Below, piece after piece: positions 1 through 9,635 of a stretch of DNA of 64,000 nt (position 1 is its first letter; every line of letters starts with the position of its first letter). Source of the DNA: an uncultured delta proteobacterium (GTDB lineage: Bacteria > Myxococcota_A > Polyangia > Polyangiales > Polyangiaceae); NCBI GenBank assembly GCA_963696385.1, contig CAVOKF010000007.1, positions 1,312,001 through 1,376,000 of the forward strand, written 5' to 3'. A program made the position numbers and the translations under genes. The notes under the pieces are model-generated. The model did no database searches and was not told where the DNA came from. It saw nothing but the letters and a program-made list of their open reading frames with translations.

Positions 1-191
1 ATCCGGGGGTGGGTCGAAGACCTCACCGCGTTCTGCGCAGGCCCCTTGATCATCGGGGCGGCGCTCGGGCAATGGTGAATCCATCGAGTCAACGAGCACG
101 CGATCGGCCAAGGCGCTCCTCGTAGAGATCGTCACTGCGCACGACCGAAGGCCATTCTTGTCGAGGCTCACACACGACGATAGATAGTCGC

Positions 192-1280
192 GTGATCCGC
201 GCGCCCGATGGCGAGTACAATTCTGCCGCTACTCATAGCGTCGTCGCACCGGAGGGGAAGCCCACTACCACGACCTTTCGAGCCGTGATGCTAACCCGCA
301 AAGGCGGCCTGAAGGCGCTCGACGCGCTGGAGGTCGTAGACCTCCCCGTCCCTGAGCCGGGCCGTGGTCAGGTGCGGGTTCGTGTGCGCGCGACGGGGAT
401 CGGCTCAACCGACTTCATGGTCCTCGGCGGGTCGTACCGTTACGGCCCGAGAATCCCCTTTGTCCCCGGCTACGAAATTGCGGGCGTGGTGGATGCCCTG
501 GGACCGGAGGTCAATGGACTCCGCGTCGGCCAGCGGGTCGCAGCGCTGACCGTGTACGGCGGCTTCGGCGAGATGCTCGTGAGAGGGGCAGACCACTTTC
601 TTCCGATCCCCGAGGGCGTCTCCGACCGTGACGCCGCAGCCGTGGTCTTGAACTACGTGACGGCGTACCAGGCGATCCATCGGGTCGCCAAAGCGAAGGC
701 CGGGCAGACCGCGCTCGTGACGGGGGCCGCAGGGGGCGTTGGCACCGCGGCCTTGCAGCTTCTCCGCCTCGCGGGCGTGAAGACCTACGGGGCAGCGTCT
801 TTGGGCAAACACCCCACCCTCCGCGCGCTCGGTGCCATTCCCATCGACTACCGCGCTGGCAGGCTCGATCGGCTCGTTCGCGCCATGGAGCCACGCGGCG
901 TCGATCTTGTGTTCGACGGGATGGGTGGACCCATGATTGGCCCCTGCATAGGGGCCCTGCGCCCGCATGGTCACCTGGTCGCCTATGGCTTCATGGCCTC
1001 GACGGGCACCCTCTCCGCCCTCTTGATGTTCGCCAACATCCTCCTGGGCTCGCGCCTGCGCGGTCGCCGCGGGAGTTTCTACGGCATCTCCGCGCTCTAC
1101 CAGAAGGATCCAAAGCCGCTGCGGGAGGATCTGCCGAAGATCTTCGCGTTGCTGGCGAAGAAGAAGATCGACCCGATGGTCACGAAGACCTTTCCGCTCC
1201 TGGAAGCAAGCAAAGCGCTGGAGCTTCTTGCGACGGGAAAGGTCGAAGGCAAGATCGTGCTGGAATCGTCCGGACCATGA
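192..1280 (+). CDS. MDR-superfamily (zinc-binding alcohol dehydrogenase/quinone reductase-like) oxidoreductase
   Basis: PFVPGYEIAGVVDALG GroES-like motif; nucleotide-binding LVTGAAGGVG; C-terminal GKIVL. True start may lie downstream (MLTRKGG). Confidence 0.9.
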   Translation: MIRAPDGEYNSAATHSVVAPEGKPTTTTFRAVMLTRKGGLKALDALEVVDLPVPEPGRGQVRVRVRATGIGSTDFMVLGGSYRYGPRIPFVPGYEIAGVVDALGPEVNGLRVGQRVAALTVYGGFGEMLVRGADHFLPIPEGVSDRDAAAVVLNYVTAYQAIHRVAKAKAGQTALVTGAAGGVGTAALQLLRLAGVKTYGAASLGKHPTLRALGAIPIDYRAGRLDRLVRAMEPRGVDLVFDGMGGPMIGPCIGALRPHGHLVAYGFMASTGTLSALLMFANILLGSRLRGRRGSFYGISALYQKDPKPLREDLPKIFALLAKKKIDPMVTKTFPLLEASKALELLATGKVEGKIVLESSGP

Positions 1281-1510
1281 GCGATGTGCCCACGGGCATT
1301 CGTGTGTGCGCGCCGAACCGCGATCGGCGGCCGTGTCGCCTACACCCCGATCTGCGCGTCGGTGCCGCCTCTCTACGGCGCTGGCTCCCATACACCTGCG
1401 AAATCCATCGAAGACGCATAAATCCGCTGAAGCTACATCCGAATGCTGCCGTTATTCATCCTGAAGGACGAGCGTGGCGGGTGCGCTGCCGGTCCTGAGG
1501 GGTCGGATCC

Positions 1511-2722
1511 ATGTTCGGACACGGCAGGCGTTCGCGCCTTGCGGCAATCTCGTTTTGTACCACGGTGGCGGGGCTCATCGCGTGGGCGGCCAGCGCGCAG
1601 GCGTTTGCGCTCAAGCTCACACCGCTCGGGCTGCCCGTGCGTTGGCCGGAAGCCCATGTCGGGTTCGTGGTGGACCGGAAGGTCGATGAGTCCGTGAACG
1701 GGGGCGTCCAAGCCGTGACCGCCGCTGTGGGTGCGTGGCACGTTCCCGGTGCGCCAGCCCTCACGGTCGCGATCGGACAAACCCCGAGTGTCCCGGCCGT
1801 GGACGGGCAGAACTCAGTGATATTTGCTCCAAACGGCTTCTTGCCGGCGGGCAACGCGCTGGGGGTCACGCTCGTCAGCTTCGACGCGGTGACAGGCGAC
1901 ATCGTGGACACCGACATCGTCATCAACGGGATTCACGCATTCAGCGTCCTGCCGAGCGATGCGACGCCGCCCGCCGATGCGGAGGCTGTCGCCACCGAGG
2001 GAGGCGCGGGGGTTGACGATCCGAGTAGCCAGACCCACTTCGCGTTCGATTTTCAGCACGTCGTGGCGCACGAAGTCGGACACGCGCTCGGACTCGCGGA
2101 TTCGACCGATTCCAACTCCGCCCTGATGTACTCCTACACGAAGCCGAACGACGCGTCGGTGCGAGGGCCCGCCGACGACGATACCGACGGCATCTCCGAC
2201 CTCTACAGCGGCGGCTTCGTGCCGTCGTCCTCATCGGGGTGCGGAGCCAACGTCGCAGGGGCGCCCGTTCGATCCGGGGACGCGGGTGCGGCGCTCGCAC
2301 TCGCGGTCATCGCCGGCGCCTGGGTCGCCTCGCGCCGGCGGGCGCACCGGTTCGTGTCGTTCGGAGCGATTCTCTTCGCCGTCGGGGCCGGCCCGCTGCC
2401 CGCGCACTCCGCACAGCGACCCGTTCCGTCGCGCGTCTACGCGACGGCGCATGTCGTCGGCGCAACGACCGAAAAGGTCGGGGGCGTCTTCCAGACGACG
2501 CTCGATCTCGTCCCGACCGCATGCAGGGGCGCCACCGACTGCCCCCGACGCGTGCGCGTCTGGGGCGGCACGATCGACGGCATCACCCAAGCGGTCGACG
2601 GGGCGGTCGCACCGCGAGTCGACGACGACGTCGACATCGCCTTGGCCGGGCTGCCGCCCGGTGCGGCCGAGCCACAAGAGACCGACGTCATCGCCATACG
2701 AACGCCGTCAAGGCGTCCGTAA
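1511..2722 (+). CDS. Secreted matrixin/metzincin-like metalloprotease with internal MYXO-CTERM-like segment
   Basis: Signal peptide (AWAASAQA); HEVGHALGLAD (HExxHxxGxxD); Met-turn ALMY; then SSSGC...hydrophobic helix...RRR. Confidence 0.8.
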   Translation: MFGHGRRSRLAAISFCTTVAGLIAWAASAQAFALKLTPLGLPVRWPEAHVGFVVDRKVDESVNGGVQAVTAAVGAWHVPGAPALTVAIGQTPSVPAVDGQNSVIFAPNGFLPAGNALGVTLVSFDAVTGDIVDTDIVINGIHAFSVLPSDATPPADAEAVATEGGAGVDDPSSQTHFAFDFQHVVAHEVGHALGLADSTDSNSALMYSYTKPNDASVRGPADDDTDGISDLYSGGFVPSSSSGCGANVAGAPVRSGDAGAALALAVIAGAWVASRRRAHRFVSFGAILFAVGAGPLPAHSAQRPVPSRVYATAHVVGATTEKVGGVFQTTLDLVPTACRGATDCPRRVRVWGGTIDGITQAVDGAVAPRVDDDVDIALAGLPPGAAEPQETDVIAIRTPSRRP

Positions 2723-2858
2723 TCCCCACTCTACCGTTGGACGGGCCGTCGATCCTGGATCAGCGGCCTAACCCTAACCGCCGCGGCGACCAGCCGAACA
2801 TTCGCCGATTCGGGCTCGAGAGCGTCATGGGCTAGAGGCGCTCGAGGGTGCGTCACGG

Positions 2859-3155
2859 ATGAATGCTGCCGTGTGCTGTGGTTCCCCGACGACTTCGCCC
2901 ATCGAACTCAAGGGTTTCCGAAGCGGCCCGTTCCCCGTGTTGGGGACAGCCGTGGTAACCCGTTATCTCATCGTGCGTGCGCTCGCCCTTCGCCTGCTCG
3001 ACGGCGAAGTCATCGAGCACGTGGACAAGCAGGGGCGCCGTTGGAGAGCGACGGCGACGGCTCTCACCCTCGTCGCGCCCGAGACCGGGGAGGACACGCT
3101 CGTGGTCGAGGGCGACGCCTACGAAATCGCCGAGAGACTGAGAAAGCTCGTATAG
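2859..3155 (+). CDS. Hypothetical protein
   Basis: 98-aa ORF with plausible globular composition; no motif recognised. Confidence 0.35.
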   Translation: MNAAVCCGSPTTSPIELKGFRSGPFPVLGTAVVTRYLIVRALALRLLDGEVIEHVDKQGRRWRATATALTLVAPETGEDTLVVEGDAYEIAERLRKLV

Positions 3156-3290
3156 AGTTCGATGCGCGACACGGAGTCGCGCAGGGGCCTGAGCTTACGC
3201 GGTGCAAGCACGATGGTGCGTCCGTGTGGTTCAGAGCGAGGTCAGGGGCCCGGAAGCCTGCTGGGCGCCGATCCGAGGTACACTGCTCGA

Positions 3291-4088
3291 ATGCCTGTGA
3301 GCCGCGCCGCCAATCTCGCCGTGGCCTCGTTTCGGGACTCGATGCCCGAGCGGTACCGAGGCCACTTTGACGGTGGTTCCATCCAAGAGCACGCGAAGAT
3401 CGTGGGCCGCCGGGCCAAGCTGCCGGTGCACCTCGAGATATGGCAGCGATTGCCAAATGGCCAGGTGGTTCTGTGCGTGGTCGCCGACGATCGGCCCGGA
3501 TTGCTGTCGTTCATCAGCGCCTCGCTCGTCGCTCACGAGATGGACGTTGTCGCGGTCAAGGCTTACACCCGCACCCACCCGGAGACCGGACGCGCCGAAG
3601 CGGTCGACTTCCTGTGGGTGAAGCGACAAAGCGCGCGGGAGTTGCCCTTCTTCGCGCAGGCGGAGCTCGCGCGAATCGGCAACGTCCTGACGACGCTCGT
3701 GAGCGGGGCAGCCACCGTCGAGTCGATCCTCCAACGGGGTCTGCCGCGTTTGAGGCCACCCAGCACGCCGCCGCGAGTCAGGGTCGAAGGTGCCTCCGGC
3801 CACGGGCCCGCTCTGCTGACGGTTGAGACGGGCGATCGCCCCGGGCTGCTCTTGGCGATCACGATGTCGCTATTTCGGAATGGGGTTCAGATTCTCTCCT
3901 CGGATGCGACGACGCAAGAGGGTCGCGTGGTCGACCGCTTCACGATCGCCGAAGCCGACGGTACGCCTCTCGGGCAGGCCCGCCGGAATACTGTGCAGAA
4001 CGAAGTTCTGTCCGCCATCGAGACTCTCGGGCGCGGGAAATCGAGCAGGAGGAGTTCCAGGCCTCCGAAGCCCCGAGGACCGCCCTGA
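3291..4088 (+). CDS. Tandem ACT-domain protein (GlnD C-terminal-like)
   Basis: Two DRPGLL motifs (ADDRPGLLSFIS, TGDRPGLLLAIT) and VVDRF, typical of GlnD-type ACT domains. Confidence 0.8.
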   Translation: MPVSRAANLAVASFRDSMPERYRGHFDGGSIQEHAKIVGRRAKLPVHLEIWQRLPNGQVVLCVVADDRPGLLSFISASLVAHEMDVVAVKAYTRTHPETGRAEAVDFLWVKRQSARELPFFAQAELARIGNVLTTLVSGAATVESILQRGLPRLRPPSTPPRVRVEGASGHGPALLTVETGDRPGLLLAITMSLFRNGVQILSSDATTQEGRVVDRFTIAEADGTPLGQARRNTVQNEVLSAIETLGRGKSSRRSSRPPKPRGPP

Positions 4089-4446
4089 GAGGCGTAGTCC
4101 GGCTGCACGGCCGCCCGCTCCGCTTTGGCATGCGCACCAACTCCCGCTCGGCGGGTGAGCGCGCAACCGCCTCGTCCAAATGAAGCGCTTTGCACCGTTC
4201 CCCCGCCCGTCCGGCAACCGGGGATCGCTTTCGTCCTTTTGCCGAAGACGGATGAAAGTAAATGACGTAAATGACAGAATTCGGTCCAGCGACGCGTCAG
4301 GGTCCTACTGGCGGACCACCCCCTTATACTGCAAACTGCGCACGGATTGAGGGATGGGCGGGCGACCTGCCCGACACGAGACTAGCGCAGGCGGTCCAGG
4401 GGGATGCGCGAGGCGTCGCGGCTGGCGCGTCGGTCTCGGTGCTCGG

Positions 4447-4600
4447 CTAAGTCGATGCGGACGAGGATTGCGAAGTCGCGTCCACGTCGCGCAGGTCGGT
4501 AGCACTGCGAACGCTAACCTTCCAGATAGCGAGCACCTCGAGCGCGTCGCCAATCACGCGGTAGTAGACGTGGTAACGCGTTCTTCTCATGAGGACTCGC
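4447..4600 (-). pseudogene. RelE/ParE-family toxin C-terminal fragment
   Basis: RVLMRRTRYHVYYRVIGDALEVLAIW resembles a ParE C-terminus; no N-terminus or antitoxin seen. Confidence 0.5.
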
Positions 4601-4649
4601 TCTCGGTCCAAAAAGAAACCTACGGACGACGACGCCCGACGGCGTCCGC

Positions 4650-5294
4650 TTGACGCGCGTGAGCGCGCCTCCCACGGCGGTGACCCTCGACGTCTGCCCG
4701 GCGCACGGGACATGGTTCGACGCGGACGAGCTGCGCGTGACGGCTCTCGCCTATGCTTCCCTTCCGCCCCCGATGCGTTTGTCGGCAGAGGACTACGAAG
4801 CCCTGAAGCCTCGTCGCCCTCGCTTCGACACCCACTGGGTGTTCTTACCCTTCGAAGGGCGCTGGGAGCTTCAGTCCCAAGACCCCGCCGACGAAGAACT
4901 CGCCATCGAGCACGTCGTCGACTTCCTCATCGGCTGCGGCGTCAGAACGCCCTGCGCGGCCGACGTAGCCGCGGCGACTTGCGGGTTGGTCATCGACATG
5001 CACATCCCGAGCGGAGCGATCCAAACAATCTTATCGCCGTGCACGGCCATTCGAGGATGCCACCATCAGCGCGGCAGCCTAGTCAACGAGGATCAAAGGC
5101 TCACGGTGCTGGTGGCCGAGAGCGACCTGAGCAAGCTCCGCGAACTCGCCGAGGCCGATGACGCAGCATCCCGATGCTCGGCAACCGGACTTCTCCGCGA
5201 GCGCCTTCGCCGCGCGCTCGAACGCGCGGGCACGGCAACGAGACCTGACGATCGCCAAAACCGATCAGCGTCGTCGCCGTTGTCCCAATGGTGA
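4650..5294 (+). CDS. Hypothetical protein with partial zf-TFIIB-like motif
   Basis: TLDVCPAHGTWFDADEL resembles the second half of a TFIIB-type zinc ribbon; probably 5' truncated. Confidence 0.4.
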   Translation: MTRVSAPPTAVTLDVCPAHGTWFDADELRVTALAYASLPPPMRLSAEDYEALKPRRPRFDTHWVFLPFEGRWELQSQDPADEELAIEHVVDFLIGCGVRTPCAADVAAATCGLVIDMHIPSGAIQTILSPCTAIRGCHHQRGSLVNEDQRLTVLVAESDLSKLRELAEADDAASRCSATGLLRERLRRALERAGTATRPDDRQNRSASSPLSQW

Positions 5295-5433
5295 TGCACT
5301 CGAAGAACTACGGCGAGAAGTCAAACGGGACGCGGCGCTGGATCGGCAAGTGCGAGCGCCTGCTCGAACGCTGCGCGGCCGCCGTCGGGAAGAGCGGCAA
5401 AACGTCTTCGCCCCTGGGACGTTGGACGCCCAT

Positions 5434-6558
5434 TCAATCCATAGGCCATGTCACGGCGTCGCCGCCCTCGGTGGGAGGCAGGGAGAGGGGCTCCTCGTCG
5501 ATGAGGGGCTCCGCAGCGGTCGTGCGCCACCACGGAGTGACGTGCTCGACCCGAGAGGGCTCGACCGGCTCGCCGAGGCGCGGCATCACGAGTTGCGCAT
5601 CATCTGCGGGCGCCAGGCGGATCAACGTTTCCGCGGGTTCATCCCACGCATGCATCGCGAGGTTGAACGTGCCCCAATGCACCGGCAGCAACTTGCTTCC
5701 CCCGAGCAGCGCGAGGGCCTCCAGTGCGTGCTCTGGCCCAAGGTGGATGTCACCCCACGCTGGATGGTAGGCCCCGACCTCGAGCATCACGAGATCGAAC
5801 GGCCCGAGCCGGTCCCGGATCGCCGCGTACTCGGGCGTGAGGCCGGTATCTCCGCTAAAGAACACCGCATGGCGCGGTCCTCGTACGATGAGCGACGACC
5901 AGAGCGTAAGGTTGCGGCCGCGGAGCGTGCGCCCTGAAAAGTGCTGCGAAGGTGCAGCCGTAATGGTGAGCCCGCCGCCGAGCTCCACGCGCTCCCACCA
6001 GTCGAGCTCGGTGATGCGCGCTGCCGGCACGCCCCACGCCTCGAGGTGCGCCCCTACGCCGAGTGAGGTGACGAAGGGAACGTCGAGCCGTGAAAGTTCC
6101 AGGATCGTCGGATAGTCCAAGTGGTCGAAGTGGTCGTGCGAGACTACGACCGCATCCAGCGGGGGGAGCGCGGCGATGGCAACGGGGACGGGCTGAAACC
6201 GCCTCGGGCCGGCGAACGTGACCGGTGACGCGCGCTCGCCCCAGACCGGATCCGTCAGGACGCGCAGCCCGTCGATCTCGAGGAGCACGGTGGAGTGTCC
6301 GAGCCACGTCGCACGCAGCCCGGTCTCGGGGGCACGCGACCACTGCCGCAACGGGTCGGTCGACGGCAGCGGGCCGGGCGGGGTCCGACGTTGCCCTCCG
6401 CAGAGAAACTCCGAGATCGTCGGCGCCATGCGGCCCTTCTTGATGCCCGACGAGACCGGAGCAGCGTTGTGGAACGCGCCGTCCGCGAAGCGTGGAGAGG
6501 ACTTGATGCGCTCAAGGCGGAGGCCGCTCGTGCGCGCGCCGAAGGATGCCAGAGCCAT
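5434..6558 (-). CDS. MBL-fold metallo-hydrolase (RomA/NAPE-PLD-like)
   Basis: TWLGHST, LTDPVW, SHDHFDHLD, PSQHFSGR, FSGDTG, PVHWGTF. Confidence 0.93.
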   Translation of the reverse strand: MALASFGARTSGLRLERIKSSPRFADGAFHNAAPVSSGIKKGRMAPTISEFLCGGQRRTPPGPLPSTDPLRQWSRAPETGLRATWLGHSTVLLEIDGLRVLTDPVWGERASPVTFAGPRRFQPVPVAIAALPPLDAVVVSHDHFDHLDYPTILELSRLDVPFVTSLGVGAHLEAWGVPAARITELDWWERVELGGGLTITAAPSQHFSGRTLRGRNLTLWSSLIVRGPRHAVFFSGDTGLTPEYAAIRDRLGPFDLVMLEVGAYHPAWGDIHLGPEHALEALALLGGSKLLPVHWGTFNLAMHAWDEPAETLIRLAPADDAQLVMPRLGEPVEPSRVEHVTPWWRTTAAEPLIDEEPLSLPPTEGGDAVTWPMD

Positions 6559-6874
6559 GTTCCCGCCCTCTGAGCCGGTTGTTGAAGCGTCCCCGATGAG
6601 ATGACCGCAGCCACGGCGCCGTTGCGGCCGGTGAGGCGAAGAGCGAGTGGTGCCGGGGAGCGCCGCGGAAGGCGTGCCCGGGCCCGCCTAGACCGAGGTC
6701 GTGTCGGTCGCCTCGACGACAGCAGCCGAGCATGTGCGCCAGCGAGGGTGGGTATTGTGGCGGGCCGCTCCGTCGCAAGCTTTTACGCAAGCTTATCGAC
6801 ACAATGTGTCGATGTTTGAATCTTTGATGATTATTCCGCCGACGCTGGTCGAGCCATTGAGCCTTGACTCGTCT

Positions 6875-6923
<49 letters not shown>

Positions 6924-6929
6924 GATATC

Positions 6930-7690
6930 GCCCCATGCACCGCAACGGTTGGACCCTTCGCTATGCGGGCAAAACATTTCGCTTCAACTGCGTTCGAATG
7001 ACGGCGGACGGCGTCCATGCCTTAACCGACGGCGATCTGGGCGCAAACTATTGGGCAGTTCAAACAGGCAAAGTGCTCAGACGATTTCCTGGTCCTCGCT
7101 TCGGCTTCTCGACCCTGGCATTGTCGCCGGACGAGCGCGTCGTAGCGACGAGCGGAAGCGACGGACTGACTTTCTGGGGGTTCGACTGGGAACGAGCGTT
7201 CGACGGATCGACGGCGCCAGCGCGCTCTCGATCGGGTACTCATTGGATTCAACGAGAGCGTTTTGGGTAGGCGTCGACGATCGCCTTTGCCAGGCCGAGG
7301 TGCATGGGCACGGGCACGGGAGTCCAACGTGCTTCGATATCGATGCTGGCCGGCTCGACGTCGCGGTCGATGAGTCGCTCACGGGTGAGCGTGACGGAGA
7401 CCTCACGGTCTGGGCAAATGGGACGGGGCACCGTCTCAGGAGCTGGTCGGCCAACGAGCGGGCCATAGACGCGGTCTCCTTTCTTCCAAGCAGAGCGCTT
7501 GCGGCGTCGGCGGGCGAAGACCGCACGATTCGCGTGTGGAGAACCGATACGGGCAAACTGGTATCTGAGCGGCGGACCGTCGGATTCGCGACGGCCGTCG
7601 CTTTGTCCTGAGACGGCGGACGGGTGATCTACGGGACGGACGCGGGCGACGTCCACGTATGGTCCATCGTGGGAGCGGAGCGCTAAACCG
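6930..7690 (+). pseudogene. WD40-repeat protein, frameshifted with internal stop
   Basis: WD blades split over two frames (LALSPDERVVATSGSDGLTFW; AASAGEDRTIRVWRTDTGK); a further blade continues after the TGA at 7609-7611. Confidence 0.7.
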
Positions 7691-7790
7691 ACGGCGTGGG
7701 GACCCGGGTAGATGCCGGCGGCCAAGCACCAGAAAGCATGGCACAGTAGCGAAGAGCAAAACGATGCGTCACCCGTTCGGACCGCGCAGG

Positions 7791-9614
7791 TTATTGCACC
7801 AGCCGGACGCCAAAGTTGACCGCCGGAAGAGCCACCTCCTCAAAGCCGGATTCCCTTTCGGAGATCGTCTGGACGGACGAATCATCGAGATCCACATCAA
7901 AATCAAGGCGCACCTGTTTCGGCGCGTGCTGGTCGTCGACTTGGAGGAGGGTCGCACGCATGCCGGGCACTTCGACGACGTCGCCGCTGTGCAGTTCATC
8001 GGTGTTTCGGAAGAGATCGAACGGACCGGTCGGAAAGAGCGGGTGGTCCCGTGAGGTGATCTCGAGAGTCCGAGGTCCTCTCCGAACGGCCGTCATCAAC
8101 CCGGCGCGGAAGGTCAGCACGCGCCAGTGAGCCGGCGCCCAATCCCGAAGCATGAATGGCATCCACAGGGTGGCCGGGGGCGAGTCGGCTCGGAGTACAA
8201 GCACGGTCGATTTGGTCCGATCGAGGTGCTCGCGTAACCAGGCCGTCCGCTTATCGAATCCGGTGACGGCTTCGATATACTGGCGGATCGCTCGGACCGT
8301 ATCGACCGGACCCCGAACGTAATGGGCTAGGCCAAGCGCGATCGCGACAACGACGGTGACATCGCGCCCCGCAGATCCCTTGTCGGTGCCCCGATGGGCT
8401 GCCCGATCGAGGAGGAGACCGACCAGCCCGCTGACGCCCACCATCGAAACGTCCAAGACGCGGATCGATGGCTCGGCTGCCAGCACCGGAAGAAGGGCAA
8501 GGACCGAGCCGGCAAGCATCCACGTAGCCTGCGATCGGGTGCGTTCGTCGAGACCTCGAAGCACGCGCCAAAGCGGAACGGCGAGCACGGCAATCGTTCC
8601 GAGCCCCAGCAGGATAGCGGCCGGCTGGGGCTGGGCCCCCCAATAGACGTCGTCGAAGCCGAACCAGGCGGCCGACACCAACACCGCGGCGCGCCGGGGT
8701 GCGCCGAGCGCGTACGATGCCATGTCATCGAGCGGACTTCGATAGAACCCAGATCCCCGAGTCCCGTAATGCAGCCCGATGAACGCGAAGATATACGCGG
8801 TCGCTGGAACCGCGAACGGCAAACCGCCTGTCAGGCGTCGGAGCACGGATTCTTTGCGACGCACGAGCTCCATCGCGAACACGTATCCCGCAAAGCAGAG
8901 CGCGTACTCGCCAGCGAGGACGGCCGCGCCGAACATCAAGCCGCTGAGAACGGCATCCGCTGGTCGCCGTCGATCCCGCCACCGCGCGTACAGGAGCAAG
9001 CCGGCGGTACCGAATGCCGTAGCGACGAGCACGTCGCGGTTGGCAACCCACAAGAGGGGTGGTGCTTGAGACGGAGCTACGGCGAACGCCGCTGCCCCCA
9101 AAAGGGCCGCACGGGGGTTCACGAGGGCGCGAAGCAACGCGTAGGTGGCGGCAACGGCGGCGGCCCACCAGAGCAGCGAATGCAGATGCGCCCCGAAGGA
9201 TCCGTAACCGAACGCGCGAATGTCCAGCCAGACCAAAGCGCTTGAAAGCGGACGGAGAAAGCGAAGGGTCAATGGAGGATTCGTCCACCAGGGAATCGCC
9301 CCGCAATCGAAGAGAAACGCGCGGTCGCCATCGTCGATAAAGTTATAGAGATCGAACGCGCTCCGTCTCGGCGAGACGTCCCCGTGCGCCATAGCCCGCT
9401 GCGCGTAGTCGTCCAGGATCAACGGCGCCCAAAGACCGGGCACGTGAATGAGCGCAGCGATCGCCAGGACGGCGCCGAAGACTCCCACGTGCCAGCGGCC
9501 GACATCCCGCACGATCGGCGTGCGCGCAGGGCCGAATGGTTGGGGGACACTCATGTTCGGATCGGATGGCTGCCTTGAAATCCGTGTTGTCGTGGTCTCT
9601 CGATCGTCTGGCAA
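7791..9614 (-). CDS. Multi-pass membrane protein, possible GT-C-fold glycosyltransferase (paralog 1)
   Basis: Many TM segments, LDDY after TM1, FLRPLSS and WVANRD motifs, soluble C-terminal domain. Confidence 0.65.
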   Translation of the reverse strand: MPDDRETTTTRISRQPSDPNMSVPQPFGPARTPIVRDVGRWHVGVFGAVLAIAALIHVPGLWAPLILDDYAQRAMAHGDVSPRRSAFDLYNFIDDGDRAFLFDCGAIPWWTNPPLTLRFLRPLSSALVWLDIRAFGYGSFGAHLHSLLWWAAAVAATYALLRALVNPRAALLGAAAFAVAPSQAPPLLWVANRDVLVATAFGTAGLLLYARWRDRRRPADAVLSGLMFGAAVLAGEYALCFAGYVFAMELVRRKESVLRRLTGGLPFAVPATAYIFAFIGLHYGTRGSGFYRSPLDDMASYALGAPRRAAVLVSAAWFGFDDVYWGAQPQPAAILLGLGTIAVLAVPLWRVLRGLDERTRSQATWMLAGSVLALLPVLAAEPSIRVLDVSMVGVSGLVGLLLDRAAHRGTDKGSAGRDVTVVVAIALGLAHYVRGPVDTVRAIRQYIEAVTGFDKRTAWLREHLDRTKSTVLVLRADSPPATLWMPFMLRDWAPAHWRVLTFRAGLMTAVRRGPRTLEITSRDHPLFPTGPFDLFRNTDELHSGDVVEVPGMRATLLQVDDQHAPKQVRLDFDVDLDDSSVQTISERESGFEEVALPAVNFGVRLVQ

Positions 9615-9635
9615 AGGCCAAGCGTTGGCCTCGGG

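Noticed and set aside
4258..4275. Tandem GTAAATGAC x2
   Set aside because: Only two units with no clear linked gene; could be chance.
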